Below, piece by piece: positions 13,460 through 27,100 of a stretch of 64,000 nt of DNA. A program made the translations under genes and the position numbers. The DNA is taken from positions 18,538,001-18,602,000 of the forward strand of contig CM120640.1 of the NCBI GenBank assembly GCA_051362555.1, written 5' to 3'. Within the stretch, counting starts at the first letter, position 1. Every line of letters begins with the position of its first letter. Under the pieces are notes generated by a model. The model saw nothing but the letters and a program-made list of their open reading frames with translations, made no database searches and was not told where the DNA came from. The DNA is from Lingula anatina. Taxonomy: Eukaryota; Animalia; Brachiopoda.

Positions 13460-15109
13460 TTAAGAAGATAGTAACCATCTGAATACACTAATGAGTTCCT
13501 GAATGGATAAAGTATATTTCACATTCAAGTTAACACAAAGACAAATGTAATCATATTGTCATTAGTGCCACCATTCAACCTGTATTCATCTTCTTTTTAT
13601 TTTAATTTATTTTTCTCAATTAATACTTTTTTATATATATATAGCAGAAAAAATAACATCATATTTAATGGAACTGCTTTAAAGTTTTGATTTTGGTAAT
13701 TGTGTTGAATAAATTCAGTCTTAACACAGTAAACATTGTATCAGTAGAAAACTGAATAATCAAGTACCTTACGTATTAAGTAGAATGTGGCATCCCTTGC
13801 ATGATAAGCCACTTAAAATAATTGACTACCTTGCATCTTCCTGTTAATATTATATAAAAATACCAAGTAAAATTACAGTCTGTAATAATTGAATAATTGA
13901 ATATCCATGCATGATGCTAACACACAACCTTTAAAACCCCATCTGCAATTTCAGTTGCTTCATTTGTTTCAATTATAATGAGATGCACATATAAAACAAG
14001 GTCTTCTAACCATATTTAAAAACAATGTAATAATTTGTGCATAACGAGTTATGATTTGACCTTGAAACCAAAGTTGTTATGGCTGGTTATAGCAACATTA
14101 CAGTTCTCTGTTCCAATTTAGACAGCTTGGTTTTCTGTATAACATTTAAAAGAAACACAAATTGCTATTTCAAGTATATTCGGAACAATAACAGCAACAA
14201 TTGGCATATTGATCATGCAATAAATAAATGAAAAATAATGACAACTTCAAATCCTATAATTTACTGATGATAATGCTTCAAGAATAATAGGCATCCATTA
14301 TTAAATGCTCAAGAATAACTGCTTTTCATTTAATGAATTCAAAATAAAGTTTATTATATGAAATATCAATCATCAGAATATATTGCAGTATAAACCAAGT
14401 GTTTTGTTATGAACTCCTTTTTTGAGCATGCATATTTATTTGAGCTTTTCCCTCTCTAAAAAGAGAATGACATTGACACCATTTGTAAGGCCAACCTATT
14501 TAAAATTGCCTCTTAGGTTTTGTTTAAACAGGCTATGTTATCGACAATTTATTTAATTATTGCAGCATCTGATGGATTTTTTGCTCTAAATTGTTGATAG
14601 TATAATGAACTGCTCATTTTCATTAATAAAAACATTTTTCATCATGATGCCCTAGCAAACTTTTCCATTTTTGTTCCAACATAACAACACAGCCTGACAA
14701 AAACCACTTGTTAAGCATCTAATAAAAAGTGTGACCCTATGATGATGATGTGAAAGTGTGAATAAACTTGAACAATGATGCCTTTCTTCCAGCTTTTCAC
14801 ATGTATTTCCTATACATAATGTATTGCAGTGCTCTACTTCATGGAAAGACTTATGCATCCTCCAATAAATGCCAACTCATATATTGCAGGTAAACAAAAT
14901 GCCACAGGCCTGAGAACCCTGTTTTATTTTGTCTGTTTCCTTTTTCCTTTTTTTTGGACAGGGAGAGGGATGCTCCTCATGCACTGTACCAGGTCAGATT
15001 CTCACTCTTCCTTTAAACCTTTATTCTACACTGGGATTTTGCACTCGTCAGCAGGACAGGCACAGCTTTCCTCCAAATGATACAACCCCATTTCATATGG
15101 AAAGTGTCA

Positions 15110-18100
15110 TTAAAGATTACCTAAATAGTGCTGCTTATGCTTGGTCAGCATATCTGTCACAGTCACGAGTCTTTTTAATGAGTGCTGAAACAGAAGTAAA
15201 ATGTGTAATATGCATTAATGGGATGATAAAAAAACCTAACTCATTTTCGGCAATTAAAAAGGTACACTGCAGCAAAAGACACAAAGGGGCCATTCAGATT
15301 AGATGATTCAAGTACCAACTGATCCACCGACTAAATATGACCAAGCCCACTTCAAAAGTGATGCCGCCAATTCCATGATGGTCTCCCCGCCTTCACTCAC
15401 GCCATCACTGCAGGGGTCTAGCCAATAAACCTCAGAGCTGAGATTTAATCTGTTTAATGGCACATGTGGAGCCGGGTAGACCATTGGAAATCAGCAGCAT
15501 TGCTTTTGAAGTGGGGTCAGCCATATTTAGTCAGCAGATCAGTTAGTACTCGGATCATCTATTCTGAATGGCCCCAAAGATAAAGGTACATGAGATACAA
15601 AGATAAACCATGAATGCTTATCAAATACATTCATCTCCAAAATGCTTGATGTTTAGTTCTATAAACAGGTTTATGACATAAAATTTCTAATTTCAACCAT
15701 CACAAGTTAAATTTACAAGTTTCCACTATCAGACTGCCTAAAAAAATTAGAAGTTTCGAAATTAAATTAATTATAGAATATGGAGTATTTATAGATTAGG
15801 TCAGTGGTTTCTGAATACATTTGGTAACTGAAAGAAAAGCATTGAAATTTCCAGAAAAATTGCTATAAAAAGGTCTAGGGGTCTTTGAATACTGTTCAAA
15901 GTGGCCTACCTGTTTCTTCTGGTTCCTCTGATCCCCCTGTGCTGCCTGTGCCTGGTCTAATGCCTGAAGCTCCTGAGCATGGGAAGTGCATATCTGGTGC
16001 ACATTAGCCAAGTCCCTTCCAATATCTGCCACTTGGTAGTCACCCACTACAGGGTACTCTGGGATATTCTGATATTTAGAGCAAAAATATCCAAATGCAA
16101 TAGAAATATATAAGATTTGCATGTACATGACATGCCTCTTTCTTGTTGTGCTATTGATGAAGCTAGGAAATCCTGATATGTATTGTTAAAATATATCAAA
16201 AAATATATATTTTGAAATATAATCACACAAACATTGAGAATACACAATTATACAGAAAGTCCTTGATGTATGAATGATGTATCTGGAATATCCTGAAACC
16301 TAATGCAAATTTACCCCGACAAAACTCAAAGATAATTATAGAGAATAAGAATAAGCTATTTTTCCTATTATTGTGGTTTGAATAATAAACTCGAAGGTTG
16401 CAGTTCAAAAGTTTTCAGAACAGGGTCATAACAATAATTTACCTGTGCTACCTTAACTGGTAATGTCAAAAGCCACATGATAAACATGTTATGTCTTCAT
16501 TCTACATTTAAAGGTCACCCCCTGTGCTGTTTCAACTTTACTTAATGGATGAAATATTGTGAGTTATAAAATGCTTTGTAAAACCTCTTGTTCTATTCTG
16601 ACAGAGAGAGTGTATTTTGCACCTTCATTAATATGCTAAACACATTTTGGCAAAAACATTTGACTAAAAACATGTTCATTACAAAACTGTAATAGCATTT
16701 TCTTCTGTTATTACTTTAAAACTTAAACATTGTATTACTTAACCAACACTTACAGACAATTCATCCAGAAACATGACCATCCTTTGTTTGTTTCCAAGGA
16801 TAAAAGGATTAACTACTTCCATGAAGGGTTCCTGGGAAATAGAAAATTTGACAGGCAACTACATTATTTAAAATAAAAGCATTATAATATTTTTAAAAAG
16901 TGCCATTTTATGTAAGCATGTACATAGAGCACTTAAACTTCAGCAAATGCAATTGTTAAAATTTTCTCCTTACTATTTTGCTTGATGGAATAAAATACTC
17001 TTAGACTAACATCTTGTTTTATAATCTTCAGAAAAATTATCCAAAATCACTAATGCATCTAAAGGATTTCTTATTGTCCTGTTACCTTTGCACCAAATTC
17101 CACTAAATTTGCTAGGTTCTGCAGGGACTTTGCCACCAGTTTTAAACTTCTAGCTGCCACTTCTGAAGGAGTTTCTTCATGATGAAAAATAAAGCATATG
17201 GCCCAAGTCAAACTTTTTCTTAACACCATTTTCTCTACATAAGATCTGTCAATTTAAATAGAAATGGTTTTTACTCCTGTAACCCTTTAACCATAGAAAG
17301 ACAACGTGTTAGTGGGCAGAAAAGAACAAAGAATTAATGATCTTTATTAGAAAGAAATCCCACCTGACATAACGTTTTTAAAAACTCACTGGCCAAGTCT
17401 TTTCTCAACAAAATAGACTTACAAATAAATGGTTTTAATTCTAGCTCCTAAAACACTGAGTGATATGTCAAGGGTACAAGGTTGGCCAATGAAACAATTA
17501 TCTTTTAGGGAAATCCTACCTGTTATAATGTTAAAACACTTGGGATTAAGTAATGCTGGACACAACAGCCTCAGGAAAATGAACCCGCTAGAAACAAATT
17601 CATCTTCATTAAACAACATATCTTGCGCTGGGAAGAGGGACAATTACTTGTGTCAAAAAATTGCAGGTTTATGATTTATAAACATCACAGGGTTTAAATT
17701 TACAATGCTGAAAACAATGAACAAGATCTGATATTGATTCACTGCTTTAGTGTCCAGTTCCATTTCAAAGCAAGATACACTCATGTAAATTTATGAATAT
17801 TTTCTTTATTGATAAAATAATAATATCCTTTTTACAAAGCAACAAAATGTATTCTAAACCTATTTTATCATAATACAAATTAGTTGGATAAGTTGCCTAC
17901 CTAACTACTCTTGTCTTTACTGTTTCATCTTCTGGCCATTTGGAAATTACTTTTTTCTGCAAGCATCCACAGATATATCGAAGCACCCTAGAAGAACATT
18001 TCAAGTATTTGCAATTGGCTGCATCTTACTAGTTTTTTTATACAAATTATGCAAACAAATTTGTTTTTACTGTTTGTGCATAGCTTTCTTTTAATTGCTT

Positions 18101-21100
18101 ACATCATATCAGAATGATCAACATTTGAACACAGACAGAGCAGTGAATGAAAATGGAGAATCAGAGAGGCATAGCTGCCTCGTAAGTATGTACCACTGCT
18201 ATGGTAAGTAGATTACTGTGACATAAAGGCATTTTCAGAGCAACAACAAATTGATTATTTGCAGTAACTGTTAATCATAAACAGGTGTAAATCCAAGCCA
18301 CCTTCAGCTCTACACTGACGGTACAACAGTTGCATCAGCAAAAAAATTAATGACTATTTCTATGCAAAAAGGACTATTTCTATGTTACTTACAAAGGACA
18401 CTTGTCTGTTGACATGAAAATATTTCGAACAACATCTTTAAGCACAGATAAGAGGTGTTCTTTATTGGCAGTAGCATCTGTTGGGTTGTCAAGAAGGGTT
18501 GGATTGAGCTGAAACATAGAAGGAATTCCCTTAGTATATAGCACTAAGAATCACTCTTGTATGTTTAAGAACAATGAAAATATTGTTATCCTATTATTGT
18601 ATTAAATATGGAAATCCACAAAAACTGAAAAATATTATAGTAAAAAGAGTTTTCCTTTGAACATATAAATGTGGAAAGGGAATGTTGCCATCAATGACAA
18701 ATTCAGGTGACTGATATACATCCAAATACAAAGTGTTTGTAAATAAAAATCTTTCAATAATGTTACACGTATATCATTTCTCTGATATACAAGAGAGTAT
18801 CAAAAACACCTGGTATCAAAATTCAACAAGAAGCTATCGGGTCATTATTGATAGTCTTTTCATACCTCACATGATTGCCTTGACTCTATAATTTTCATAA
18901 CAGATGATTTAGCAGCATGATGCACAAAGTCTGTAGCAACCATCTTCATATACTGATCCATCAGCGTGGTAGCAAAGGAAGTTGCACGGAACAAATTTGA
19001 TACAGTACCTGTAAAACAAAAGAATCAAAATTAAGGCTCTTAAAAAAAATAATAAATAAGGCGGAAGTCAAGTGAGAATCTCCAAACCTTAACCCCACAG
19101 GGACTATACAATGCTGACCTAAAAGCCTCCTCTGGGCCCCAATTAGTGTGCACAGGTACAAGTTTTTGGCCCTAGATTATTTATTTGCAAACATAACCAA
19201 CACAAATTAAACATTTTTAGCAAGCCAAAACTTCAGGCTAAATGAAGATGACTTCATAAATGTGAAGTCATATAAGTAATTAGAATTAAGGAGTTTTAAA
19301 ATTGAATTCTTATTTGAAAGCTACATGGGAATATCAAAAACTGCATGTTACAATGCACATATATTGTTCATAATGATGTAACATAAGTGCACTTTACACT
19401 CAGAAAAATGAAGCATGATTCTTGTTTTAGTGTTTAAGTTGTTTGGAATTTATCATAATTTTTTAGATGGTGAGAAGTCACCATTCTGTTTCTAGTTTTG
19501 AAATTTGCACCTATAAAATCATGTTTTTCTCACTCCTCTTACATTAAAAAATTCCCTTAAATAGCTAAAATGAGAGCCAAAAACATAGCTCAATGTGCAC
19601 AATACTCTTTTCATAAATCACCTTATAACAGGGAACAAAATGTCAAATTTTCCAAGATACACATACATGCTGTTCTGAGCCTTGGGGGTAAATGAGAAAA
19701 GAACTGCATGTTTGGTGATGGTCTCTATGGGTTAATATAAATGTAAGTGATATATCCTTTGTTGTCAGTTTCAAAACTTTAATGCCACATCATATATTTG
19801 AATTTTAACTTCAGATATTACAGACATGAGCTTAGGTTTAAAAAAAAAATCTCTGAACATTCATTGAATCTCAGAGAAGAGGAATCTAAGGATTCATCAG
19901 AATTGAATTAAAAAAACACAGAATTCTGAGTTCTGTTGAAATGCTCAGGTCGGTATTAGGAAAATGAAATTAAATCCCAGATATAAGGAAACTAAATTTA
20001 GGGCTAAGATTAAAGTTATGGTCTGTCTGGAACATTTCACTAAATTCTCTCAGTTTACTTTTTTAAGTTTTACCAGCTGTAACTTACATTCTTTATCAAT
20101 TTCCCTGTCATTCATTGTGCGAATAAGATGAGACTCCTGTTTTTCTTTGCGAAAGATATTTAATAAGGATTTGGCAAGCGGAATCCTATCATTTCCACAA
20201 ACTTGAGTTAATGCCTTTACAGCCTCCAAGTCCTTGGCTAACAGAAGCTGGAACAAAGGGATATGTATTTATGTTGAACTTCACACTTTATTCTACGCAT
20301 TAACTGATATTAACAATACTCAACTTTTTAATATACACAAATAAATTTCTTTTATTCTCAGGAGAAGGAACTTGTGTGAATAATTTACCGTAACACTCAT
20401 TCTTCATTAATATAACTTTTTTTAACTTAATGGCTAAAGATTGAGTCGGTATTAAACAAGCCTGGGACTGATTTCGCAAAAAAAAAAAAAAAAAAAAAGA
20501 AGGGTTACTTTGGTCCATAAAATTGGTCTAAACTTACAAAAATATGTGGTCTATTTCACCTCAAAATAAATCCATAGCAGTCCACTTAAATTAAGTATTG
20601 GTTTGAAACACAAGTCACATCCTTCCTGTTATAAAACAGGCATAATATTTTATTCAGTTAGGCTTCCACAGATTTAAATCTGGTCAAAGAAAACACATCT
20701 TAATCTAAAACTCAAGACAAAATTTCTGGCAAATTTTTTTTTTTGGAGAAACCAGTCCTTGACAAATTATACAGGTCTCACCTCCTTCAGACTAGAGTAT
20801 TCATTGATTGGCATGATAATCTCATGCAAGAATTTACATTTGACTCGAATTGATCCCATTTCCTCATTCCTGCCTTTGACTGCCTGGACTGCTGTGGGGG
20901 ACAGGCAGTACCACTCCTCCTGGTACTCCCCCTGGTTCAGCTCATTCAATAAGACAGTCTTGAATACTACAATACATTAACAAAATAACATAGAATTTCA
21001 TCCGCTGTGTCATACACTCAAAGTGAGAATAACACTTTATTTGAAATACACAGCTAAAACTTACAAAAATCACAGCTCCAATATTTCATTAGAGAATGCG

Positions 21101-24100
21101 GCTACAGTTGCTTTTATACTCATCTAAATGCCAGTACAAAGTCTGTTCCAAAATAATGGAGAGAATTTAAAAATTATTATCAAAAAGCCTCACTAATATT
21201 CTTTATGAATTATTTAAGAACATTGTTAATTCTACTTACAAACTTCTGTATCTTTGGATCTCCTTCCCTTATTGTGAACAATGACAGTAAAACTATAGAT
21301 ATCTTGAGGAATATCCCTGTAAATGACTTGGTTAAATTAAAATATTTCTAATACTATATTCCACTCAAGTGGGGGTACAAAAGTTATATCAAACTTCCCA
21401 GAAATGAAAGAATATCACACAAAACACATCAACACATGCTTCAACATATGAAATATTTTAAATTTGTGTCTATTATGAAGATCCAACCAAGCTGGAGATA
21501 TGGTTCTTAGTCATCTAACCAACATAAACCTCTAATTGCCAAGTATAAGGCAAGGAGCTACGATTTCTGTAATGTCCTTAAGAAACATGAAATAGAGGAG
21601 TGTGCCAACCCCACCCATCCATCCAGCCTCACGCTTGCAAACTAAGATTAAATTACCACTACCTTAACAGTACTACAATTGTTTTTATACGATGCATACT
21701 TAATAGCACTTAAAATCCACATTTTTCACACTTGATACTTACTCCAAAACAAACTCATCTTCCCATACTGGATTTGGTGCCTCTTTTGCCTCTGTGCGGC
21801 AAACTTTGACCTCATTTATTGAAACTGTGCAGTAGGGATGAGGCACACTTTTTACAGGAAGACGGTGGGCATCTAATACATGAATGTTCAAACTTAATAG
21901 CTGTCTTAAGGAACTTTTTGCAGGAGTGGTGTTGATACAGTATGGTTTCAGAGCCTGCACCCATTCCTATGTTGAAAAGAAAAAACTTATTGTAAAGTAA
22001 AAGTGTTTGTAATTAATTAAATAGGCCTACATTTATCAAATAATTTTAACAAAATTTAATCAGAAATATTGTAAAAGAACCTTATGATGCCTAACTCTTA
22101 TCTTTTATTTAATATATGGACAGGTTATATATATATAATTTTAAAACAACAGACCTATGTAGTTTTTTAGGGTTTAGTGTAAATTGTCGCTGAATTTTAA
22201 AGATTATTATAATGGTACATTTGCTAGCAATTTCCAAAGTTCAAATTTTAATGTGATATGTAAAAAATGCTAACTGTGGTCTAACTACAGGTGTTGATAA
22301 TCTGAGATTAAATTTGAAATATTCAATATTCACCAAATATCACTTAAGTCAAGGCAAGGAAATAACAGAAAATATTACCTGTGCAGTATCAGCATTTTCA
22401 GCACACAAATAATGGACTGAAAAGTGGTTTAAGGCTCTAACCACCAGCTGAAAACAGCTGGGCCTGCGAAAAAAGGTAGAAACAAAACCCACATACATAA
22501 AAAAGTCAACTGATTAAACTGGGATGAATGGGAAAAAGTGAAAGTGTGCACTGACAGATTGTGTTAATACTAGAAGAACACTACAAAGACTGTCAACTCT
22601 ATCAACTTGCAGGTATTAATACTAGTCAGACAAATGACAACATCAATAAAAAATAACCAAATAATAACAAAAATAAATAAATTAACCTATGAGTAATTAT
22701 GGTTAAATTATATCTCTTTCAGAATGGATTCTTACCTTCCAAATAAACTGTCATGAACTGGGTAAAGTGAGCTGTAACTGAGGTCTATCAGACCTTTTGG
22801 TTTGGAGCGCTGTAAAAGTAATTCTGGGTATTTCATTACTTATCCAATAGTAATTTACTTCAAAACCTACCCTACTCAGTAGTTTGAATTCATTTAAAAT
22901 CATAACAACAATAAAATTAAAACACGAAAAAAGTGAAATGCAATGTTGGATGCCCATCCTTAGAAGAAAGCACTTAAGACAATATAACTTCAAGGAATTT
23001 GTAGATCTTTGTACCTTATCATTTTCAAAAAAGTATAACTGATGCTCGGTCCCATTCAGTACAAAGTGCATATTTTTCCATTTGTTTCCCCTTTCACCTG
23101 CAAATGTAAAGGTATCACATTATTTAACTCACTGATAAAAATTGCTTACAACAGATATCTTTCCTTATGAATTAAATGGTATAATACCTTGTTTTAGTCA
23201 AAAATTGTAATTTTAATATTTTTTACTCATCCTTTGGGATAAATATGAACTTGTAAGTTGCAGATGCTGGAAAATCACACACAAATGAATAGCACCAGCA
23301 GTGGTTTGATGGGAAAAGGGTTATCTTGAACACTTTTGGAATGTGTAAAATGCTAGGGCTGTCAACGTCTATTCAAATTTTTACGAGACATTTGGGCAAG
23401 GGAAGAATCCTCCTCTGCAAAACCATGTTTGAACGTCAAAAAAGACCCATAATGAATATGCAAAGATGATATCTGTCACAACTAGCAAGAGAAAAATCTC
23501 TTGATCTTAAAACAATAATTGAGAATATTGTAGGTAAAGGGAATTCAATTTTACAATCATTGCACATAATATACAGAAGTTTTCAAGCTGTGAAGCATAA
23601 GGACATTAACTTAATCGTGATACTGACCAGGACTTTTGGTAAAAATATCTCTTTGAAGTTTGCATAACTACATGGTTTCTAGTATTTAGTATTTAGTAAT
23701 TTTGTAAATATTTCAAGGTACCTGCAGCCTTATTATTAATAAATAAAATTCTTACTAATACCATATCAATTTCAGGCAATTCTGAAGACATAAAGAGACT
23801 TACTTTTTTTGTTCAAAAATCCTTTCAGGACAATGTGATCATTTCTGTTGATGAGAAAATTTGAACCACTACTTTGCATCTGCCGTATTGTAGCATAGAT
23901 CTGTCTTGTTCTTGCATCCGTTTCATCTGTATCCAGTTCATGGATACATTCATCACCTTCTGTTGCATTCTGTAATTTTTAACAAATCTTCAATGATCAA
24001 AGAATATTTCTAAAATCATAATGACGTTGACATAAAAAGTATAAGTGGCCTCTAAAAGGCCATGTTTTGCTTTATGCGCCAATAATTTATCTCTTCTACT

Positions 24101-27100
24101 CCAAAGCATTAAATTATGACATTTTCAAACAATCACAAAATATCTAAGCTTTTTGTCATATGGATAATATATGTGTACATGTACATATTCTTTGTCTAAT
24201 AATTCATTGAAAATTCACAAATATTAAACAAGGCAGCAAAGCTGTCAAATGTACAGACAAAAACCAGAAAATAAAAACGCAGGAAATAGGATACTGTCAA
24301 TTCTGATGAACTAATGTATTATGCTTACTGTAACTGCATAGCCAACATCAAATTCTTATTCTGCATAACACTGGATTAGGATGAAAGTAAAATGTGTATC
24401 AAGCATCAGACTAAGTTCCCATACCTAGATCAATCTAACAGGATCAATCCAACTCCAAGGGGTTTCTCACTAAATTGCTTTCAGTTTGAGAGTCTTAGGA
24501 TTCTGGCATGCCAGTTTCAGTAGGCGTGAGAGACAACTAAGCCACTTACATTGATTGCAATTTAGCGAGAATTCCCATGGAGATAGATCGATCCACAGTT
24601 AGCGTGATAGGGTCTGGAAATAGTCCCTAAGGTGTCAGGCTGATAAGAGTTAAACTTTGGAAATGCCAGAATGAGGTACAGTGAAAATTACACACACACA
24701 CAAAAAAAATTGCTTAAACTCATAATATATATATATATATATATAATTAATTTTTTTTTTTTTTTGGGCTGTATGTCAATCCTAAGAATCATTCTTGTAA
24801 CTTAACAAAATACAGAAAATGTTACAAAGTAAGAGTACAGGGCTCCTGGCAGATGGGAGTGATAAGTCAAAACTTGAAAATGCCAGTATAGCACTCTATA
24901 AACCTGCATTGCCTCCAAAACAGAAAACAATCACATTGGTTTTCAAACACAAGCTGCGCACTTCTGTCTTATGAAACTTTTCACTAAGTTTCAGTATCGT
25001 AAGTAACATGGTTTTCCCTTAATCGCTATCCTGGCAGCAGTGTCCAAAATAGGGTTTTCTTCAACTTTCATGCAATAAAACATAATACTTAACAGCATAA
25101 TGACTACAAATTTTTTATAAAAAAATAAAAGTATCATGAATATTCAGAAAATGTGATTTGGGAAGGTCTTCAAGGCCATGGAAGTTCAGAGTCACACTTT
25201 CAAAATGCCAAAATGTAAACAAGAGATAACTGTACTGAAATGATTTTCTTTCCATTTTCAACACCTTTTTTAAAACAAAATGATCAATAAACTGTCATTT
25301 TTAAATGTTCAACTAGGAAAATTGTTGACATAGGAAAAATATCAATAGAACAATTTTCAATGTCCAATTTGCTCCATTTGCAGATGCTGAACATAGTGAA
25401 TGATTATCTGACACACTGCAATGATGAGTTCCTTTCCATTTATGATACTTTATTACACAATGCACAATATTATAACAGGTTTACCGTCATTTTTATGTAA
25501 TCAACAAACAATATTGTTAAGAAGCAGAAAATGTCAAAACAACACTTTTACATATCTTATTAGTTCCATAATGAGACTGTTAACATGCCTAAGAATTAAA
25601 TCTGAAGAAATAACAATTATATACAAAAATACAGAAAATGCACAGCACTTCTGGTGGATGGGAGTATAAAATCACATCTTAAAGATGCTAGTGTTTGAAA
25701 AATAATTTTAAAAAAATTTTAAATAAAACGTAAAAAATTCCAATAAAGCTGCTATTCAAACTTTTAATCTAGCTGTATTAACTTGATATTAATAACCCCA
25801 CCAAGTTTGAGAAAAATAAAGCACTGTTATTCATCTATAGCATGTTGGCATAACACATTCTTTTTGTTGTAAATTATTTGCAATGTTACACACCATTTAT
25901 CTGCACAATTATCACCAAATCCTAATTTTGTGACACAGTTAAGAGAGCTAAACCTATGGGACATGGAAATCTCAAGGAGTGTTTTATGTAATCTCATTTA
26001 ATGGCCAATTGAAAATTAATGAGTAGGCAAGTGACTTTATAGACCTTAATTTAATTAGTGATCACCCAAGGGATAATTTTAAAGACTGCTATCCATACAG
26101 TACCGTCATATAGCACAAAGGTGTTGCATACATGCCGAAAAAAGTGAAAAAACAGCATTACTTCCCTAAAAATGACCCGATCGTGCTGATTTTCAAACTT
26201 GACCTGCGTATTATGAATATTCATTAGTTCTGCAAGTTTCAAACCAAAAGGTTAAATGGTTTTCCACTTATCATGTTATCAGTGTTGCATATATGCTGAA
26301 AAAAGTGAAAAACAGCATAACTTCCCTAAAAATGACCCAATCATACTGATTTTCAAACTTGACCTGCGTATTATGAATATTCATCAGTTCTGTAAGTTTG
26401 AAACCAAAAGGTAAAATGGTTTTCCACTTATCGTGTTATCGGTGCTGCATATATGCTGAAAAAAGTGAAAAAACAGCATAACTACCCTAAAAATGACCCG
26501 ATCATGCTGATTTTCGAACTTGACCTGCGTATTATAAATATTCATTAGTTCTGCAAGTTTCAAGCCAAAAGGTAAAATGATTTTTCACTTATCATGTTAT
26601 CAGTGTTGCATATATGGTGAAAAAAGTGAAAAACAGCATTACTTCCCTAAAAATGACCCGATCATGCTGATTTTCGAACTTGACCTGCGTATTATGAATA
26701 TTCATCAGTTTTGTAAGTTTCAAGGGAAAAGGTAAAATGGTTTTCCACTTATCCTGTTATCGGTGCTGCATATATGCTGAAACAAGACAGCACTGTTCTG
26801 CAATGGGTTTACTTCCATTTTTAAAACACTTTTTTAACATAAAACAAAATAAACAGTTTTCTGCCATTTGTATATGATCAACTAAGAAAATTGATGAGAT
26901 GGGAAAAATATCAATAGAACAGTGTTAAATGTGCAATTTCCTCCATTCTGAGATAATGAATATAGTAGATGATTGAATCTGACAAACTGCAATGATATTT
27001 GTTTATTTCCATTTTTGACACTTTATAACATAATACACAATAATAAGTTTACCATCATTTTTACATAATCAACTAACAATGTTATTAAGATGCAGGAAAT

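Noticed and set aside
15518-15560. Minus-strand [13 protein letters not shown], resembling an alternative RASA1 last exon
   Set aside because: It is the TIR of a MITE also present at 46348, the pyrimidine tract is weak, and the true last exon is 15184-15110.
26133-26780. Regular repeats that could be mistaken for a CRISPR array
   Set aside because: Monomers are contiguous ~160-bp tandem copies with no unique spacers, there are no cas genes, and the context is a eukaryotic intron.
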